Source of the DNA: Dimorphilus gyrociliatus
Lineage: Eukaryota > Animalia > Annelida
Length of the DNA: 64,000 nucleotides
NCBI GenBank assembly: GCA_904063045.1
Contig: CAJFCJ010000037.1
Span: 82,151 to 146,150 of the forward strand
Direction: 5' to 3'
Part shown: positions 37,941-50,110 of the stretch, piece by piece
How positions within the stretch are numbered: the first letter of the stretch is position 1
Layout: every line of letters starts with the position of its first letter
Made by a program: the position numbers and the translations under genes
The notes under the pieces: generated by a model
The model's database searches: none
Seen by the model: only the letters and a program-made list of their open reading frames with translations
What the model was told of the DNA's origin: nothing

Positions 37941-38549
37941 TAAGATTTAAAAAGTTGGTGTGGAAATAAAAAGAGAACTGAAAAAAGAGACCAATAGAAC
38001 CAAAAGATTATGACTTTGAAATAAATATGGATTTCATACTAGACAACTTTCTGAAGAAAGACATCTTTGAAAAGAATGAATAAAATTCTTATATTTGGAA
38101 CAGACTATCAGTTGAATTGTTGGGTAAATTGGGGTTATTGGTTTGTGGTCCAACATTTAAAATAGTAAAAGAACCATTTTACAAATAATTTTTGACCATC
38201 CAAAACTTAAGATTGATCTTAAGTGAAAACAAGGGGAACATGAAACATGTCCCACTGGCCTTCATTTTCATATCATCCAAATACAAGAGAGCTTATAAAT
38301 TGGCATTCTAAGCTTTAATAATTAATTACATTTTCAGTTTGTTAACTGTTAAACATATTTCCCATAGTCTATTAAGAAGATGATTAACATGTTAGAGCCT
38401 GAAAATGTCACTTTTAGATGATTGAATAGTCAAGTGAGCTCAAAAAGCTCATTCTACATGCTAGTTAATGAACTGAAAAGAGAGGGAGACTTGATTTTTA
38501 TCTCTGAAAACATGAAAAACAAAGTAAATGTATCCCAGAGAAAAAAATA

Positions 38550-38760
38550 TGGTTTAACCCACTAGTGGATACAGATTACCAGGGTACAGTTTAACACAGG
38601 TAGTTTCACCCCAATTGGGCTGGTTTAGGGTTAGGGTAAAAGCAGTGATTTGTGGACACTTTCTGTTGAATCCACTCAAAACTCTATTCTAATTAGACAA
38701 TTACTAATTTACCTACTAAAAAGAATATTACAAATATACTTATTTTATACCCTAACCCTT
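38550..38760 (+). repeat. Repeat element with TTAGGG-like and GGTTTAACCC motifs
   Basis: ATGGTTTAACCC...CAGTTT...GGTTTAGGGTTAGGGTA and CCCTAACCC; related to 22820-22900. Confidence 0.4.
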
Positions 38761-39523
38761 TGGATACCCTAATAATTTGCTTCGCCATCTATGGTGTTGT
38801 AATTACTAGGTCTATCACCTTTTGGTTTATCTTTTACCATAAACATTATTAAAAAATGCTTCAAATATTTTTTGTTTTTGTTAAGCTACATTTAGAAACT
38901 TTAACCATTTTTTAGATAAACATTTGAAGTTTTTGAACTAATTATTTTGAATAGCCCAGTAAAAACTACTTGTCATTAATTCTAATTATTGAAAGCCCAT
39001 ATGTGTAATTGCAAAACACCTGTAAACACTGATACAATATTGTTCTTGACAATTTCTGGCTGGTCACAGTTGTGCTCATCGATTCAAATCATTTTCCAAT
39101 TTACAAAAGTACCCCACACCAATAGAACCATTTAATTTCATCCATAAATAGTCTTCATAAAGGAAATTTTTTGTAAGAAAACTTAACCTTTATCTTAACA
39201 AAATAGCACATGAATCATCTTTCAGTGATGAATTACTAAGGAAAAAATTCATTATAAAGTGGTATTACTCATATTATGACATATTTTAAAATATTATTAA
39301 TTAATTATGAAGAGGATATTATGCTAAGAGTAGCTTTCAGGACTACAGCCAGTGAGTTATATTCTTATATAAACAGTTAGAGTCAATTAAGTGACAATTG
39401 CCTTATTCTTCTATAAGGAAACATTATGTATAATTGATGTAAAAAATGAAAAAAATCAATCTTAAGTTCTTGTATAAAAAGAAACAGAATTTTTTTGTTC
39501 TATCCAATCAGAATATTTGCATA

Positions 39524-40321
39524 ATGTTTATCCATTTTCTCCTTTTTCTTCAATATTCTCAAATTGGTAAGCAATTTTTTCCATTTATGGCAAATAATTA
39601 ATTTTTTTAAATAGCCTTTACAAGGTTACCATTCCTGCACAAGGATTCTGAAACTATCCTGTTGTATGACTGGTACAATGAAACAAACTTTGGTCCTTTA
39701 ACACCAACTACAGTATTACATGATATTGGAGGATCAGAGTTGGGACAATTGTTGGTTCAAACTCTAAAACCAATAAGGATGGTTCAATCTATTTTGGATT
39801 TGAAAGCTATTTAAAAGTTAGAATTTTTGTTTTTTGATGTTTCGATGATTATTTGTTTTTCTACATTTAGATTGTTCATGATGGTGATTTTATAAACAGT
39901 GATTTTACAGTTGAAATTGTAACAAAATATCTTTTACCAGCAAATTATCCACAAGATGAGATATTTTATTCATTTAAAAAAGGTTATCATTTGGGATTAA
40001 AAATGTCAATAAATGGAGAAGGTTCACTACTAACTAGAGAGGGAGAAAAATTGGGAATTGTTATGAAGCCATTGTCTAGTGATTATTTAACATACTTTGC
40101 ATTGGTTTATAATCCAAATTCAAAAAGAATGCACTACTATATGAAAGGAGTTAAATATGGACATGTTAATGTTTTAAACTTTATAGGTGCACCTAAAGAT
40201 CTTGCACTTGGATTCTGTGTTGGAGCTTGTAGTGAAAAAGATTTTCATGGTAATATTTATGCTTTTAAATGGACACGTTCTCTGAAAAGTGATGCTGACA
40301 TAGCAAACAAATGGCTGGAAA
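39524..40321 (+). pseudogene. Secreted LamG/concanavalin-A-like jelly-roll domain gene with one frameshift; 3' end unresolved
   Basis: Signal exon MFIHFLLFLQYSQIG; LLYDWYNETNFG...HDIGG...GQ, then a frame change near 39748 to VGSNSKTNKDGSIYF; YFALVYN...HYYMKG...FHGNIYAFKW. Confidence 0.6.
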
Positions 40322-40469
40322 GTTTGTATTATTTTTTAATTCAAATATCTCTGTTATTTTTTTAAATTTTCATTACATCCTTTCATATTATAACTCACTG
40401 GAAAGAAGGGTTCTTAAAAAATGTATAATCTTGTAATATTCAATAAACTAAATCAGTACCAGTGTTTCA

Positions 40470-40813
40470 ATGCTTAAAAAACAAATTAGCCTGAAAATAT
40501 GCAAAGAAATGCAAAATTTATCTTTCACTCACAGACAAGACAAGGTAATAACTCATTTCTCTTTTAATAGCATTACATAATTCAGAGAAAACTGGTAAAA
40601 ACATCACAATACATATCCCTTTCTTCAAAAATATTAATATTTTATTCTATAAATGAAGTAAACAGCAAAGAGAAAAACATTTCTGACTATAAATATCAAT
40701 AGTTATGCCAAGTATATCTTTTGCCAGGCATAGGACGTTTTTTCCCAGCCTTTAGGATGTTTTTTCCCAACAATTAGGACGTTTTTTCCCAGGGACGTTT
40801 TTTCTCAACCCCC
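40470..40813. mobile_element. MULE terminal fragment
   Basis: Homologous to 23390-23746; four GGACGTTTTTTCCC-like repeats ending in AACCCCC. Confidence 0.7.
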
Positions 40814-42199
40814 ATTTAAATATTCAAAGGCACAAAGTAATTTTTCCAAAAAATTTCAAATTGTGTTGATACATTCCATTTGATATTTTTGTAACATTTT
40901 TTATCAAAATTTTCTAAATTTTGCAATCACCCTGCAAGTGAAAGACTTTAAAACCATCTCATTTAATGAAATTCTTTTGGGATGTTTTTACAAATTGAAA
41001 ACTGGTATAAAAATCCATCAGGAAATTATTTCTTTTGCCATTTGTATTATGATTTTATAAACTTTATTTTCTAGGGGAAAATTCAAGACAACAAAGAATA
41101 GCATGAACTGTTAACTATCTGCAATCTTAAAAATTAGTATATTCAAGATATGTTAAGCTTTTCAAAGAGCTATGAATCCATTCTAATGCCCCTGATTAGC
41201 AGTTTTTGTGATACATTTTCAATGATTTTAAAATTCTTTATCTATCTTTATATATTTTTTTCAATGTAAAAGAGTTTGTTTAATAAATTAAAAATCCCTT
41301 AATGCTATTCCTAATATTGTTTTATTATAACTTTAAGAATTTATAGCTAGTAGATAGATTTTCAAGCATACAGTTCACAATGCAAAGCAATATATATTGA
41401 ATAACAACCTCTAATTTGGGTTATAAATATTTTCATATTTTGCAGTGATCAAAATCTAAAGCCTTATATTGTATAAATACTTTAATGTATAATTGTTATA
41501 GTGGCGACCTCTATGCAAGACATTTATTTTTAGTCTAAAACCAGAAGTTCAAGATTGATTTGTTCTTACATTAATTATGTATCATTTTTCCCTATGAAAA
41601 TACAGGACAATTGTCTCTTAATTGACATTAATTGTATTTAAAAGAATGGAACTCATTTACTGTAGTATGGACAGCAGTTATTAACATCATACCCTGTTTA
41701 TAATATATTATTAATACTTTTAAAGTGGGCTTATTGTCTCTAGTCCAATAGAGCTTGGTTGTATTTCAAAGTAAATATCTTCTTTTTTCATGAGCTAAGA
41801 AAAGATGATTCATACACTCTTTGTAGAGTTAATTACAATGCCTATTTAACAGGACAAATAAAATTATTTTATTCATCAATTATATGAAGCACAATTGCAA
41901 TCTTATATACATTTTGTATATTTAGTTGTAATAGTTAACTAATTTTAATAATCTTTTTTTAATATTATAGCCCATATGTGTGTTTATAGATCAAAGAAGT
42001 ACTCTTTGATTTTAAACCAAAGATCCATCACCAATAGTGATTTTTTCCAAGAAATCTTCTTTTTCTAACAATGGCTCACCCTCACCTCCTCATTAATACT
42101 TGACAAAACTGAATGAAAGTTTACAGAAAAAGTAAGATATTTGAAATAGTATTATCAATATTTACAGCAAACTGTAGGTGATATCCTAATCGTCCTCTA

Positions 42200-42560
42200 A
42201 TATCAGTCATATCCCTATCAACCAGCGAGAATGTTTTAAGGAACCACAACTTGAGAGGCTATGTTGCTGCAAAGAAACCCATATTAAAAAAAAGATATTT
42301 AGCAAATAGGAGAAAGTTTTGCAAAAGACTCCTCTGTCTCTTGGAGAACAGATGAAATCAAGTCAAATGTGTTTTCGGATGAGACAAGGATAGATCTATA
42401 TCCAAAACACAGGACCATGTATTCATGCAGGATGGTGCTCCCTGCCATAGATCTGGTAGTACCTTAAGGTACCTAAAAGAAAAGAACATAAGGTACTTGG
42501 AACAGTGGCCAGCCAAGAGTCCTGACCTTGGGTTGGTAAACATATCTGCACAAATGTAGA
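42200..42560 (+). mobile_element. Tc1-like transposase relic with internal deletion
   Basis: LRNHNLRGYVAAKKPILKK (HTH), VFSDETRIDL, FMQDGAPCH, WPAKSPDL. Confidence 0.85.
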
Positions 42561-42734
42561 GGTTTAGATAGAGGCTACAGTTGTGTCTTTTCAATAAGGG
42601 TGGTCATACTAAGTATTAAAAAGGTTTAAAAGTATTATTCACTGGATATATGTGCTATTGATAAGACTTTTGGCAATGCCTTTTAAAATGAATTTCAAAG
42701 TTATTTTTAACAAGTCCTGATAATATACATTTCA

Positions 42735-43215
42735 AAAAATTCCTTCAATTACAATTTCAGCCTTTGTTGTGATAACAAAACATTAATCAAGCTTAATCAA
42801 TATCCAATCAAGAAAAAGTCATGATAACCTCATAATAGTTGTCTAACTCTAGATATGGATTATTCACAACAAACAGGATAAAGAGTTATCATATTACATT
42901 ATCATGTAAATGACAACAACTTTGAGTAGGTTACCCCTCAAGGGTCAATTCTTACATCATATTTATGTAAATAAACACTTGTTGTTGTCAACATGTTTAG
43001 TTATGTAATATCTTATCCCTTGCTTGTAAAAAGGGTTGATTCTGGTATGTTTTGCAGAAATATATCTGTTGTTGAGCATTCTTACAAAAACATTTGACCT
43101 TTGCTGTCTTTAGAATTGAGTTTATCAAATTCAGCCTATATGGAATGAAAAATTATTAAACATCTCTTGCTTCTTTGACAATGCAGGCAAATAAAATAAT
43201 TACTCAGATTTTTAT
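42735..43215 (+). repeat. Duplicated segment (matches 26080-26200 and 26480-26855), including an LTR family 2 fragment
   Basis: Colinear high-identity blocks visible by eye. Confidence 0.8.
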
Positions 43216-43469
43216 AATTGAAAAAGTTTTTTAGATGTGAAAATAAAATCTGCCTATCAATATTGAATAGTATTGTTGTAGATTTAATGCTACTCTACGC
43301 AACAAGCAACTCTCCAACTTTTACTTTCGTTTTTGTGAATATTGGAATTAAAAAAATTTTAAAAATTTTAAAAATTTAAAAATTTAAAAATAAACTAATT
43401 ATCATTTATTTTAGCCTATAGTGTTTTATAAGAGTCATTCTATCTTATATTATTCATTTGCCATCCAAC

Positions 43470-44027
43470 ATGCAAAATTACGACAATTTAAAAAGAGATA
43501 TTGAAGAAAGTTTATTCTGTATTGAAATTAGAGTTTATCGAAAGACTAATGGTGTCAGACATGTTGGATTTGCTATTTTTATTGATAATAAATGGAAGTA
43601 TACCCTGGATTATGAGCCAGTTCATTATGTATTGGGACTGTTTGGGTCAAGAGCACATTTTGTAATAAATGTGGTTTCTGATGAACCTAGAAAAATGAAA
43701 ACTGATGGAGTACAACATAAATATACTAGAAATGAATATAAATGGAGAGAAAAAGCCTTATCTAAAATTGATGAGCTTTTAAAACCAATAAATAAGACTT
43801 ACAGACTTCTTAGTACTAATTGCTCAAATGAAATTAAACAAAAGTTAAATAATGATGATCCAGCTGGAAAGCAAATTCATAAAGAAGCAGCAACCATTCA
43901 CACAAGTATGATCGCTACTTCATTTGTTGCTCTCAGTTCGGCTGTAGTAATCGGTGCAGGAGTACTGATATCACATCTTGCAAAACAAGATAAAGAAAAA
44001 AACCCCAAACGTATCGCAAGGCGTTGA
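43470..44027 (+). CDS. Intronless permuted papain-like H-box/NC protein (LRAT/PLAAT/PPPDE-like) with C-terminal TM helix
   Basis: RHVGFAIF His box, YRLLSTNC catalytic Cys motif, hydrophobic MIATSFVALSSAVVIGAGVLISHL tail. ATG at 43470 (the ORF track starts at a TTG). Confidence 0.65.
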   Translation: MQNYDNLKRDIEESLFCIEIRVYRKTNGVRHVGFAIFIDNKWKYTLDYEPVHYVLGLFGSRAHFVINVVSDEPRKMKTDGVQHKYTRNEYKWREKALSKIDELLKPINKTYRLLSTNCSNEIKQKLNNDDPAGKQIHKEAATIHTSMIATSFVALSSAVVIGAGVLISHLAKQDKEKNPKRIARR

Positions 44028-44389
44028 TCGCAATAATATGATTTTTTCAAAATTATCCAAGTGATTACAGTGATGATTATTATTGATGTAGAATACAAAA
44101 ATTGTAAAATTTTAGCCCTTATGTTTTTTATTAATGTAAAATCTCATTTAACTTAAATTTAAGCCAATTCAGCTTATAATTCAAGAGCAATTATATATTA
44201 AGAATAGTGGTTATGACCTTTGAACAACCACAAGGTTGTGGTTATAAGTCTTAACTCTATTTTTTTTTGTTAAACTGTAGTAAAAATAATGCAACAATAA
44301 GAGGATGCTAAGTGTAGGTGAGGTGCGAAACTGTATAAAATGAATATCTGCTGAACAATTGATCTAAAATGGAAGAAATGAGAAAAACA

Positions 44390-44500
44390 AAAATCGGAAA
44401 TGGATTATTAAAGATTTTTGATAGATTTCTCTATTCTTCAAATACCTTAAAACTAATTGATTTTGGTTCTTGTAATTTAACTGTACATCAGCTTTGTTAA
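44390..44500 (+). pseudogene. RI-like LRR relic (single unit)
   Basis: KIGNGLLKIFDRFLYSSNTLKLIDFGSCNLTVHQ. Confidence 0.55.
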
Positions 44501-44687
44501 ATTATACATGAGGAATCACACTCTATCAGTTAAAATCCAATACAGTACACAGATAACTTATCTAAAACTTTTTAAGGTTATCAGTGAAATTTTATGAAAG
44601 CAGTCCACATTTTATTGAAAGTATTTCGACTACATAAACATTTTCATAAATGAAATAAATGATAGGCCTATTATCCAAGTGTTTTCC

Positions 44688-44741
44688 GGATATTGTTGAA
44701 AACACCCATTGTTAAAAATGCCCACTGTTGAAAACGCCCAC
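44688..44741 (+). repeat. 3 x 16-bp TGTTGAAAACGCCCAC array (MULE-TIR-like)
   Basis: Units at 44694, 44710 and 44726; single copies at 24273 and 22675; similar in form to the 2 x GGAGAAAACGTCCACT array at the MULE end (54520-54551). Confidence 0.6.
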
Positions 44742-45832
44742 TAAAATGGAAAGAAAATAAGAAAACCAATTTCTTTTGCTTCCAAGCTTCTAATCAATAC
44801 ACAGCTAAGATATGCAGCTATTTATTATATAAAACAAATCTGAAAGAATTATTGATATCTTTTCAGTGGAAACTGGTAGATTGTTTTCTTGTAAAAATAG
44901 CAGGAATTGAGCCTGTGAGCATATGTTTTTAAACTTTAAATTAAAATAATAAACTCTATAGATAATGTCATGGTGTCTTAGAAAAAGTAGATATAAATGT
45001 GGTTTTTGCTCCAAGGCAAATATATCTATTGAATTTCAATTTTAAAAAATCTCTTATATTGATAAATAAATAAATAAATAACAAACATGGCTGATATCTA
45101 TTAAAACATTTCAAATAGAATCCAATATTTGTTGAATTAAGAAATTGTTTAATGAAAAAAAGAAAAGAGAAAATATACTTTTTATATGCAAATTAGGTAA
45201 GAAATCTAACAATTTAAAATTATTATTCTTCATTTCAACTTCAAAGTATGGAAAAGCATTTGTCTTTAGTTGTTTTGGGTAGGCAATTCAGTGAAGGAAA
45301 TCAAATCCAAATTGCTGACATAGCTCATTACTTTTACTTAGTTTTAATGGTTAAAATTTCACAGGATTATAATGGTTATTATGTAATATATATAATGAAC
45401 CAGTGAAGCTTTTATCACTATCCACTGATTGGCTGTCAAATATCAGGTGAATTCCATTCCATTTTACATTAATTTTGCCAACGACCCTTGATTTGTTGTG
45501 TAATTGTTCACAACGTTTGTAGAAAGGGATTTGAAAAATGATGGCAATAACAATTCTATTCATACTACATTCACGTATTGCAGAATAAATAATGATAATA
45601 TTTCTTTTATCTCTTAAAAAAGTCTACATATTAATCAGAATATATTTTATCTAACCAATTTTTTTATTAAGAAAACCTTTGCTATTTCTAATAAGCCAAT
45701 AAACTGGTAGAAATTGAAACAACTAGATAATCATTCCCCGACTATTATTTATAAAAAATAATAATTATTTAGTTAATATACTAAAAATGTTTTGCTTGTT
45801 TAACAATTACTTGAAATGTTTTGAATGGGGTT

Positions 45833-45897
45833 GGGTGCGAACATACCTGGATGCCAACATAACAGAGTGGCAAATGTACCCAGGTATGTTCGTACCC
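45833..45897. repeat. 18-bp inverted repeat hairpin (MITE/TIR remnant)
   Basis: GGGTGCGAACATACCTGG (45833-45850) and CCAGGTATGTTCGTACCC (45880-45897), one mismatch. Confidence 0.75.
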
Positions 45898-45949
45898 TTT
45901 TTTTTCTTTATTATTTTTATGGATTTTTCATAGAATAGTTTGGTTAGTG

Positions 45950-45973
45950 ATATATATATATATATATATATAT
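45950..45973. repeat. (TA)n microsatellite
   Basis: Directly visible. Confidence 0.9.
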
Positions 45974-46633
45974 CTATAAAGTGAAGAGACAGCCATTCAT
46001 TTTCTGATGGAGATTATTATAAAAACGGTAAATAATTATAACCTGTTAAGTAGATTATTTATTATCATTGATAGAGAGATCTTTTATTGTCTTGTAATTT
46101 TATTTATAAACTATAGCAAACAAAATTTAGTAATGATAAATTTCTACCTCCAAACAAAAACCAAGGTCAAAATCAATTCTGTTCCATTCATGAAAAAGAA
46201 TGAACAAAAGTTGAAAGCAGTTAAATACTTCAATTTCAATGTAAAACTTGTTTACTCAATTTTCAGGTTGTTCATATGGTTCTGTAATTTAAAGTAACAA
46301 CATATTTTAATTACATCAAAATGTGATTAAATTATTGAAAAATTAACTAAAGTAGCATAAAATGTCAATTATAATTCAAATGTTAGTTCAAACAACAGCA
46401 GGTGCTCATTATTAAGAGGTGAAAGTCTTAAAAAAGTATTTTAGTTTTGTAGTTTATTGCTATTGTTGAAAAATTGACTTTTACAGTAAACCAAGAAAAG
46501 GTTAATAATCAATTGAAATTTGTTTAAAAATGAAAAATCAGCAAAAATGAAATTTTCTGTATAAAAGCAAGTTGTTAATATAAGAAAGTTATACTCTGTG
46601 AAAAGAGTTTGTTTTGCTGTTTAAAAGTTGATC

Positions 46634-47630
46634 ATGAAGTTGACTGTACCAATATTTTGTTTAATAAGCTTTGCATACTGTTTTATATCAGGTAAAGAAA
46701 GGGGGAGATTGAGTTTATTCATATTCTGTGTCGGTCTGTCTGTCTGTATAGCTAAAAATTAATTGGTTGCTTTCTATTTTTAGTTGAAGGACAAGATCTT
46801 TTTGGATTTAGTGTCATCTCTGATCAAATTTCATCATCAACCAAATTTGAAAAAATAAGAATCACTTTAGATAGATGTCTTCAAGATGCTGCCTTTAAAA
46901 ATGTTAAAGTAGTTGGCTATGATGAATCATATTGCTATTTTTTTTATGGAGGTAATGAGAATAATTTAAAGACCAAAAATAATGCTAAAACATATCTGAG
47001 AAAGAGTGACAGTAAGTCTATAAATATAAATTAGAAATTTTTAATATTCACTGTTGAAACCAACAAACAACAGAAATGCAACCTTATTATGACGTTATTG
47101 ATCAATCTTGTTCAGCTGGATATGATTCGAGAATTATAAATGATGCTACAGTTGAGAAATGTTCAAAGTTTTGCAATGAAAACAGTCAATGTCTTGCTTT
47201 TTCAATCAATTATGTGAGAAAGATGTGCTGGATTAAGTATAGAATTAGGAGTAGATTCACATTTACTCCTAGACCGAATAATTCATTCTTTCAGAAAAAT
47301 TTCAAGCGTTTGTATTACATTTTCCCTATTATTCTTCTTTTATTTTCCATTCTACTTTATTCATTTATTCCACTAGTTATGCCAATACGTTACTTTACCA
47401 GAGTGGACTATACAATTAGAATAATGAATTTTGATCAAGTTAGACATTCTGGAAAAAATTTTGCAGCGTGTTCCAATGGATGTAGAACTAGGAGCTGGTG
47501 TATAGGTTTTTCCATTTACAGTAATATATGCCGACTGGTCAAAACCATATCTTCACCTCGTCACCAGTTTGGCTCACCATTATTTCTCCTGAATTCGAAA
47601 AAAAGAGAGTGGGAGAGTAAATTACAATAA
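46634..47630 (+). CDS. Signal peptide + PAN-like + PAN + hydrophobic segment + PAN protein (~280 aa)
   Basis: Exons 46634-46691, 46784-47011 and 47074-47630 splice in phase 1. PAN motifs EKCSKFCNENSQCLAFS...CWIK and ACSNGCRTRSWCIGFS...CRL. Confidence 0.8.
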
Positions 47631-47639
47631 TTCAATTTA

Positions 47640-47810
47640 TTAAAAAATATTAATGAAACTGTAATACAACTGTCATTCAAAAATTCTGCTATGCAAAATA
47701 TTTGTTTTTTCATTCTTTTTTCCCCTAAACCCAATTCCAAGACCTCCAAAATAAATTTCTTCACTAGTCTACTTCCCATATTTTTTACTTCCTCCAATAT
47801 TTATTGTTTA
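47640..47810 (-). pseudogene. RI-like LRR relic (paralog of 25830-26000)
   Basis: ORF 47561-47797 segment LEVLELGLGEKRMKKQIFCIAEFLNDSCITVSLIFF aligns with the 57-aa unit. Confidence 0.5.
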
Positions 47811-48550
47811 ATTTTTTGTACACAGACATTTGTCAGCTATACCCTACAATAGAGAAGTAGTATTGAACCAGTATTGTACTATGCAGATAGCACTCATAGA
47901 GATAAGCAGGATTGACCTAGTTTCGCATAGGGCAGTTCATATACTTTGCGTGGCAATAAAATCTATTAAATTATATACAGGATATGGCTATTTGCAACCT
48001 AGCATTATTATTACAATTTATTAATCTATGCATTAATAATTTTGAACTACAATTAGTTCAACTAAATATCAATTATGCATAAAATTCAAGTTTAGATTAT
48101 ATTCAGTATCCAACAGTATTGTAAACACAATACTCTTCTACTTAACATGCATTAATCAGATATACTTCCTCCTCACATACTGATGCTAAATTTACAAACT
48201 CAATCAATTGAATATCATTATTAAGGTAGAATATAAAAATGGTCAAATATACAAGCCACATGTTTTCTTGATTGTTGGATTTGTCCTATTCAAATTGTTA
48301 CATCTTATGCAACTCTCCAACCTTCAAAATTCAACTATTAGTTAGAAGAGAAAAACAATAAACACATGACCATATTCACAACTTTTCTTTGTCTTCAAAT
48401 GTTACTTTTTTTGTGAATATTGAAATTTGTGAACTATCAACCCTTAAAAGAGCATATAAACCCTATGAAATCAACAGTTGATAGTCAGTTCTCTAGCCAT
48501 CAGATGGTTGCTAAAACTAGCTTGTTTAGAACCAGAAGCTCATTTTACTC

Positions 48551-49125
48551 TGTACTTTCCTGCTGTGGTTGTAGGTAGGTACTGGCCCAAATAGAACTGA
48601 ATTAGGAGTAAGCCACTTAGAAGACAGATGTAGAATTGAGGGAGGATGAAGATAAAACCAAAATGTAAGACTAATATAACTGTATTCTAAAGAAATATTA
48701 GACCTGTTTGCTAAGGGAGTTGATTCAGGACTGAAAGCCTCCTACTACCTACGCCCTGCTTTTATACAATTCCTTATCAGTTGTTTATGCCTAAGCTGTC
48801 AATAACAAGGGTCTTACCCCAGATAAGGATTGTTCACAACAAACAGGGTCAAGGGTTATCATATTATGCAATAGTGTTGTAAACAACAATAACTATGTGT
48901 AGGTTACCCCTCAAGGGTCAATTCTTACATCATATTTATGTAAATAAACACTTGTTGTTGTTGTCAACATGTTTGATTATGTAATATCTTATCCTTTGCC
49001 TAAAAAAGGGTTGATTCTGGTAGTTGGGTACCATCTACCCCAGAGGCAACATCTACTTCAACACTTCTACCATATGGTAAGTATTATTTATAAAATATCT
49101 GTAAACTATAGTTCATAAGTGTACA
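48551..49125 (+). mobile_element. Solo LTR, family 2 (575 bp), TSD TACTC
   Basis: TGTAC...GTGTACA ends; TACTC at 48546-48550 and 49126-49130; homologs at 26320, 42845 and 63353. Confidence 0.9.
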
Positions 49126-49249
49126 TACTCAATACATATTCTTTGGACAAAATACTGGTATTTTGTTTGATTAATTTCTACAGAAATTACATTTGTTAGA
49201 CTATTTGTGTAGGAACTTGAAAGGTTCTATTTGTTTGAGTACTTTGGCA

Positions 49250-50110
49250 AATTGGTAAATGATTGGCAAGGACAATTACAGTTGTGACAAGCCAGAAATT
49301 TCTACAGTTACAATACAATAAAGTAAATTTTTTGAGCAATGTTTCAGCAGTTGGCCTATAATTTTACAATTTTCTTTGTTTAAATTACACTAAATAAAAT
49401 TTGTATCCTTCAAAGTGTTGGCAGATTGCAAAATTCCGTTGCAAATGTTGAATAATCCAAGTCCCTTCATTGAATTTCCACCTAGATGAATTGCAGTTGT
49501 CTCTAATAATGAGCTTTTTTTAAATAAATTTCCAACCAATCTGCTGTTCATCATTCAAATTACAACTAAAAAAATGACATTTTTTCAAAGTGTTGAATGA
49601 TCAAGTCCATTGCAAATATTAAAAAATGTATTGCCCATTGTTTTATTTTATCCCAGATTAATACTTTCAATTGTTGATGATTTTTTCGATAGATTTCCAA
49701 TTTTCATGATAAGCTCCTTTTCTAGACTGCAATTCTCCAAAGCAATATTCCCTGTTTGGTATGTAGAAAGTTGTAAAGTTTTCCAAATTATTCTCTATTC
49801 TTTCTCTCCAACACTTCTTTTCACATGGTAGTCAAGTTTGATGCATTTTTTTGTTTGCCTTATCAATTTGTTGACAGAAATTTTCTTATTGAATTTCCAA
49901 TAAATTACCAAAATCAACACTTGTCATCATGAAATTTGAAATTTTTCAACCCGGCTAACTACAAATCAAAAGCTCTTTCACTCCTGCTAACCATTATATA
50001 ATCTGAAATCTTGCTTTCAAAAATCTCAATTTGGGACATTTTCTGTGGTATTCAATAATATCTGGTCACCAAATAATTGGTTAGTTGTTTTTGTTTCATT
50101 TTTTGAGCAA
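49250..50110 (-). pseudogene. Decayed NLR-type LRR region
   Basis: IGNLSKKSSTIESINLG*NKTMGNTFFNICNGL...CNLNDEQ...GLFNICNGILQSANTLK...CNLNKENCKIIGQLLKHCSK, with stops and frameshifts. Confidence 0.7.

Noticed and set aside
38620-38760. TTAGGG-like tracts as an interstitial telomere or chromosome fusion scar
   Set aside because: Only 1-2 units each, embedded in a dispersed repeat; too short to support that claim.
25749-47797. Conserved 78-aa minus-strand ORFs (25749-25985, 47561-47797) as a novel antisense gene overlapping the PAN genes
   Set aside because: They translate to a frameshifted piece of the 57-aa LRR unit carried along in the duplicated block.
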